From: Macrostomum lignano
Lineage: Eukaryota
NCBI GenBank assembly: GCA_002269645.1
Contig: NIVC01001517.1
Span: forward strand, 62,001 to 126,000
Direction of reading: 5' to 3'
Length of the DNA: 64,000 nt
In this document: positions 53,419-64,000 of the stretch, piece after piece
Layout of the letters: the number at the start of each line of letters is the position of its first letter
Position numbering within the stretch: position 1 is the first letter of the stretch
Program-made: the position numbers and the translations under genes
Notes under the pieces: model-generated
The model's input: the letters and a program-made list of their open reading frames with translations, nothing else
Databases searched by the model: none
What the model was told of the DNA's origin: nothing

Positions 53419-54551
53419 TTCAATTTCGATCTTGTGAAAGCATGCAGCCAGCCAATCCAGCAGTCTGTGAGGGTGGGCTCCGGCCTCCTTGGCCTGTTTT
53501 CACAGCAAACAGCTGCAGCGGACACAGTTGCCACTGTTAAACTCTGCTACACAATTATTAAATACTATTTGATCTGTGATAACACAGGATCAAAATAAAA
53601 GAAAATAACTAACAAGGAGATACTTAAGTGTTTTGCATTATTTTTTTATGAAGTACCGAAAATCCAACGAGTCCCCCGTGGGGACATTGCATGGTTTATG
53701 TAAAGCAACAAGTAAAGTGTGGGCTCACACACAGCTACAACTGCAGTGAATTGCGATCTGAGCCGCACCTGTACGCAGGTGAAATTGCGGTATAGATGGA
53801 ATCTGCATAAAGAATGACGCATTCGCCATCGTGGCCCAGAGACTCACAAAGATACTTGGCCAAGGGTGAGTTTAAAAAGCACAAATCGATATAAATATAT
53901 ATAGCACTTAGACTAAAATCCCAGCAATTAAAATATAGATTTACACTGCAGTTTTTCGCGGATAAAAAATAGCAATTTAAAATGTGGCCGCAGAGGAGGA
54001 AGTGCTTCATCATTAGGCCAGATATTAAAATATGATATTAAGCATGAATATTAGCATTAATAGCATCATATTATGCTAGCAATTCATAGATATGATATAC
54101 ACAGATATTAAACAATCAGAGGCTAAAAGTCAATAAAATCATATATTAAAATGTGCTGATAAAAAAATCCACAATAACCAGTAGTACAGGCTGCACAGGT
54201 GTTGCCTCTCTGCCTCTACTAGGCGGGGTTGCTGGGGAGACACCTGTGAGCACTGCAGGCCAGCGGTCGAAAAGAGACCGCCAAACTCTACAGTGCAAAG
54301 GTTGACAAATAGCAGGGAAAGGCATCTGCAGTTTCAATTGACAGAATCCTCTTAATAAAGAGCTGGCTGCTACCAAGCAGTGACATTATTTCTGCTATTG
54401 TGGTCCTGAGCAATGCGCAGCCTCCGGGCCTCATCAGCTTCACTGGCGATCGATTTGGAGCTCAGACTGGCTTTGGATTGGGTGCAGCTCTACTGCCTTC
54501 TCACTGGCTGACGTTGAAGGGAGCGGCTGGCTTGATCTGATTGAAGCAGAT

Positions 54552-55240
54552 AGGGGAGTAGGCAGCGGATAGGGGAGTAGGGAGCGCCGGAGCGGATCGG
54601 AGAGTAGGGAGCGGATAGGATAGTAGGGAGCGGATCGGAGAGTGGGGAGCGGATCGGAGAGTAGGGAGCGGATAGGATAGTAGGGAGCGGATCGGAGAGT
54701 AGGGAGCGGATAGGAGAGTAGGGAGCGGATCGGAGAGTAGGGAGCGGATCGGAGAGTAGGGAGCGGATAGGAGAACAGAGAGCAGATAGGGGAGTAGGGA
54801 GCGGATAGGAGAGTAGGGAGTGGATAGGAGAACAGAGAGCAGATAGGGGAGTAGGGAGCGGATAGGAGAGTAGGGAGCGGATAGGAGAGTAGGGAGCGGA
54901 TAGGAGAGTAGGGAGCGGATAGGAGAGTAGGGAGCGGATAGGGGAGTAGGCAGCGGATAGGAGAGTAGGGAGCGGATAGGAGAGTAGGGAGCGGATAGGA
55001 GAGTAGGGAGCGGATAGGAGAGTAGGGAGCGGATAGGAGAGTAGGCAGCGGATAGGAGAGTAGGAAGCGGGTAGGAGAGTAGGAAGCGGGTAGGAGAGTA
55101 GGGAGCGGATAGGAGAGTAGGGAGCGGATAGGAGAGTAGGGAGGGGATAGGAGAGTAGGATGCGGATAGGAGAGTAGGCAGTGGATAGGAGAGTAGGGAG
55201 CGGATAGGAGAGTAGGGAGCGGATAGGAAGTAGGATGCGG
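54552..55240. repeat. 19-bp purine-rich minisatellite 3' of Zic
   Basis: Unit GTAGGGAGCGGATAGGAGA. Confidence 0.95.
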
Positions 55241-55441
55241 ATCTTGAAGTAGACAAAGGATAGGAGAGCAGGCAGAAAAAAGGAGCGTAGGGAGCGGATA
55301 TGGGAGTAGACAGAGGATAGGTGGGTAGGGAGCGGGTGTAGGTAGAAAGCAAGCTGCAGTCTACAAAAGCCAGTCCGAGTTGCCGAACCGAGCGCAGGCC
55401 ATGCGAGTCAGCGCAGATCCGCACATGCAGTGCAGGCCAGG

Positions 55442-58400
55442 TCAGTGGAAGGCGGGGAACAGCAGCTGGTGCGCAGGGTGCCTGGACGCCTCGGCAGCCT
55501 GAAGTCGGGCGTAGCTGCTCGGGCTGGTCCAGTCGCTGGGCACCGAGGGCGGATTGGGCGACGCCTCCTGGCCGTCATTCGGCGACGAGTGTCGGCTGGC
55601 GGCGTTGCGCCGGGACTGCGGGACCTGCGGCTGCTGCGGCTGCGGCTGAGGCTGAGGCTGAGGCACTTGCTCGGACTTGACCTTGCCGCCGCCGCCTGCG
55701 CTCGCCCGGCTGCTGCAATCTTCATCAGCGGTGGCGACAGACCCCGCGGCGTCGTCGCAGTCGCCTCCGGCGCCGTGGACCCGCATGTGCTTGCGCAGCG
55801 AGCTGGGGTGCGTGTAGGACTTGTCGCAGCCGTCCACGCGGCAATAGTAGGGCTTGTCGTTCACGTGCACGTGCATGTGCTTCTTGCGGTCCGAGCTGTT
55901 CGCGAAGCGCCGGTCGCAGCCGGAGAACTCGCACTTGAACGGCTTTTCACCTGAGCGCGGACAGGGGAATGGGAGAGCAGATTAGGGACCGAATTCTTAT
56001 GGGAAGTGAAGAGATCGGAGAGTCGGAGAGCGGATGAGCGCGGGAGAGAGCGGATGAGAGCGGGAGTGAGAGGATGAGAGTGGGAGAGAGAGGATGAGAG
56101 CGGGAGAGAGAGGATGAGAGCGGGAGAGAGAGGATGAGAGCGGGAGAGAGAGGATGAGAGCGGGAGAGAGAGGATGAGAGTGGGAGAGAGAGGATGAGAG
56201 CGGGAGAGAGAGGATGAGAGCGGGAGAGAGAGGATGAGAGCGGGAGAGAGAGGATGAGAGTGGGAGAGAGAGGATGAGAGTGGGAGAGAGAGGATGAGAG
56301 TGGGAGAGAGAGGATGAGAGTGGGAGAGAGAGGATGAGAGTGGGAGAGAGAGGATGAGAGTGGGAGAGAGAGGATGAGAGTGGGAGAGAGAGGATGAGAG
56401 TGGGAGAGAGAGGATGAGAGTGGGAGAGAGAGGATGAGAGTGGGAGAGAGAGGATGAGAGTGGGAGAGAGCGGATGAATGTGGGTGAGAGCGGATGAGAG
56501 CAGAGAGCAGAGTGGAGAGAAGAGTTGAAAAGATGAGGGCATGATTAATCCGACACAAAGAAAGCCACCGCTCACCTGTGTGAGTCCGCTTGTGAATTTT
56601 GAGATTCTCGGACCTGGCGAACACTTTGCCGCAGCCGGGAAACGGGCAGGGGAACGGGCGCTCCCCGGTATGCACCCGGATGTGGTTCACCAGCTTGTAC
56701 TTTGCTTTGAACGGCTTCAGGTGGCGCGAGCACTCCTGCCAGTAGCAGGTGTGGTCGGTGAGCTCCGGGCCTGCGTGGCAGAGTGGATAAACGAGGGTGA
56801 GTGTCTGCGGCTTTAGGAAGAATCCGTTAGGAATTATAGGAATCCATCGAGTGGAGAATCAGGGGTCCATACTGCTTAGGGAATTAGATAATTAAGGACC
56901 CTGCCGCATAGACAATTAGATACCAGGGTAATTAAGGACCCCGCCGCTTAGACAATTAGATAATTAAGGACCCCGCCGCTTAGACAATTAGAACAACGCC
57001 GCTTAGACAATTAGAACACCGCCGCTTAGACAATTAGAACACCGCCGCTTACACAACTAGGACACCCCCGCTTAGACAATTAGAACACCGCCGCTTAGAC
57101 AATTAGAACACCGCCGCTTACACAATTAGGACACCCCCGCTTAGACAATTAGAACAACGCCGCTTAGACAATTAGAACACCGCCGCTTACACAATTAGGA
57201 CACCCCCGCTTAGACAATTAGAACAACGCCGCTTAGACAATTAGAACACCGCCGCTTACACAACTAGGACACCACCGCTTACACAATTAGAGCACCGCCG
57301 CTTAGACAATTAGAACACCGCCGCTTAGACAATTAGAACACCGCCGCTTAGACAATTAGAACACCGCCGCTTAGACAATTAGGACCCCGCCGCTTAGACA
57401 ATTAGAACACCGCCGCTTAGACAATTAGGACATCCCCGAATAGACAATTAGGACATCCCCGAATAGACAATTAGGACATCCCCGAATAGACAATTAGGAT
57501 TCCGCGCTTAGTGAATTAGATAATTAGGACCCCGCTGCTTAGACAATTAGGGCCCCGCGCTTAGATAATTAGGGAATTAGGACCTAAGCCGCTTAGGAAA
57601 GCCGGTTAGGACCCTTGTCTCGTACAAAATGCAGCGCAATAGTAACTAACTGACATACTCCCCCAGAAGGCTGACTCCCTATATCCATGCCAAGCGGCCG
57701 CGCTCTCACCTCCCACGTGATCCACCGTGATGTGGGTGACGATGTCGTGGATGCTGGCGAACATCCGGTTGCAGGGCTTCCTGACGCCGCCGCCGCACAT
57801 CGCTCCGAAGCCGAGCCTGGCGCCGCAGTCGGGTCCAGCCACAGGCAGCGGTAGTCATGCCTGCCGCCGCCAGCGGACTGACTGTACACCTGCCGAACAC
57901 CTGGCGGGGCCTGCTGGTGCAGGTAGGCCCGGTAGAAGGCCGGTCCGTACGGCCCCATGCCGGTCAGCGGGTGCGAGAACGGGTGGTGGTGGCCGAACGG
58001 GTTGTACTGCTCCGGTGACAGGCTGGGGAATCCGGCCTGATGAGGATGCGCGTGATGATGAGGCGCCGGAGGAAGCTGAGCTTGAGAAACTTGCTGCTGC
58101 TGTTGTTGCTGCTGTTGCTGCTGCTGAGTTTGGTACTGGTGGGGATATTGCAGGTGAGAGGAGTCGGCAATAGCAGGTGAGTGCAGGCCATGCTGCTGAT
58201 GCAGCTGATGAGGATGCTGACTGTACTGAGCAGCCGATGGCGTGAAAAAGTCACCATAGGCTGCGGCTGCCGCTGCTGCCGCCGCTGCTGCGGGGAACTC
58301 GTAGGAGGAGGGCCTGCATTGCCGCTGCTGCTGCTCTTGCTGCTGCTGTTGATGCTGCTGCTGCGGATGCTGGAAAAGCGCCTCCCTGCCCGCCGAGTCC

Positions 58401-58450
58401 GTCTGGTGCTCCGGCTGGGCCGCTTCAGCTGCGGCGTAGGTGCCGAACAT
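55442..58450 (-). CDS. ZIC: Zic/odd-paired family C2H2 zinc-finger transcription factor; exons 58450-57710, 56770-56576, 55950-55442; one apparent 1-bp frameshift at ~57832
   Basis: Five fingers: [89 protein letters not shown]. Degenerate [13 protein letters not shown]. Phase-1 intron between ZF3 and ZF4, the position conserved in Zic genes. Confidence 0.95.
56010..56520. repeat. 20-bp purine minisatellite in Zic intron 2
   Basis: Unit GAGAGGATGAGAG[T/C]GGGAGA. Confidence 0.94.
56880..57600. repeat. 23-bp minisatellite in Zic intron 1
   Basis: Unit CCGCCGCTTAGACAATTAGAACA and variants. Confidence 0.92.
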
Positions 58451-59424
58451 TGGCTCGACTTAATTAGTGCCTGATAATTGCGGTCCTATTGGTCAGTGCT
58501 GATGTCAGCTGTTTGCGCATGTGAGTGTGGATTGCGGACCGTCGGCTAGTCGTATTGATTCGCTCTCTGGGTCGCAAAGCTGATTCCCGCACCGAGCTGC
58601 ACAAAAAGGCGATGCAACGCGGCAGGGGTCAAACAATGACAAAAAAGATTTGCTTTGTTTAAAAAAGCTTCGCGCCCAAAAGCTGCGTGTTAGCGAACGT
58701 TCGGCTCGTTTTCGTTTTCAACAAAAAAGGAAAAGTTGGCGCTCACGGCGATCTTAGAATCCGAACCCCCGCCAGGACCGCGTTTTATCCGCGCGGTGGG
58801 ACAACGCGAAGGGGGCGAGGCTTGCGCCAGCCATTGGCTGCGGCGGACGCCGGGGGGCTGGGGTGGGTGGGCCGAGTGGGGTGCGGGTGCCGACTTGGGG
58901 GAGCCATGAATTGTGCGCTGAGGCCCCAGCCTGAGCGTCAGTTCATGATAGACCCCCTTTTCCATCCAGCCACCCCCAGCACCCCCAACCCTCTCAATTT
59001 AATTGCCCCGCCGGGGGGCAAACGGCAACTTAAACCGAGGGACTCTGTGACATCCGCCAGCTTTTCGTTTTTCGAGGAGGCTCTTCCCCCTCCTTTTCGT
59101 TCTGGCCTGGCGTGGAAGCGGCTAGCTTCCTCGTCTTGGTCTGCTGGTGGGGGACGGATCCCCCCTGCTGCTTTTTTGCGGGGCAGGTGGCTGCTAAGTA
59201 GTTGGCTGCTGGCTAAGCGCCAACTACCCATCGACAGCCCTTAGTTGCAACTGGTACCACACGGGTTCTCGAGGGCCGCTCTTGTGGGGGAGGGCTCGGG
59301 CGTCGGCTGTCAACTCGACCTGGCGCCTGTGTCCCAAGCCCGCAGCCGGCCTCCCGCCCCCTGATCTTGCAGAGTGTGGACCGGGGGCCTGCCGGAGCCT
59401 CGCCTGGGAGCAATCCTGGGATAA

Positions 59425-64000
<4,576 letters not shown>

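Noticed and set aside
53735-54013. VILYADSIY resembling a Harbinger/IS5 DDE motif
   Set aside because: Single weak motif, no TIRs and no further transposase sequence.
58500-59000. CCAAT, Sox (AACAAT), TCF (CTTTGTT) and Gli/Zic-like (GACCCCC) motifs upstream of Zic
   Set aside because: Short motifs expected by chance; no TSS or conservation data to support them.

Overview
Eukaryotic, intron-containing animal DNA. GC-rich exons are separated by introns and spacers that each carry their own mini/microsatellite. This style and the gene set suggest a free-living flatworm such as Macrostomum (inference only). Host genes: a secreted WSC+PAN-like protein, a secreted PAN-like+fibrinogen-domain protein, Gemin2, a divergent Smad2/3-type R-Smad, a GT32 glycosyltransferase, an OST-alpha/SLC51A-like transporter and a Zic transcription factor. 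Mobile elements: a full-length single-ORF Ingi-like LINE (APE-RT-RNase H) inserted in a 16-bp minisatellite; a young two-ORF Loa/R1-group LINE plus a 5'-truncated sister copy; a tRNA-derived SINE; an internally deleted Tc1/mariner; and a ~1-kb MITE with a 6-bp TSD. Most notable observations: (1) a nearly canonical HDV-like self-cleaving ribozyme fold starting exactly at the 5' end of the Ingi-like LINE; (2) a ~4.3-kb CpG-depleted block whose inverted repeat shows one-directional, mostly non-CpG C>T/G>A changes (RIP-like pattern); (3) an R-Smad lacking the DNA-binding beta-hairpin and PY motif. Four separate 1-bp frameshifts (including one in Zic) are each repaired by adding one base at a homopolymer run, so they are probably assembly errors. 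All alignments and counts were done by eye.
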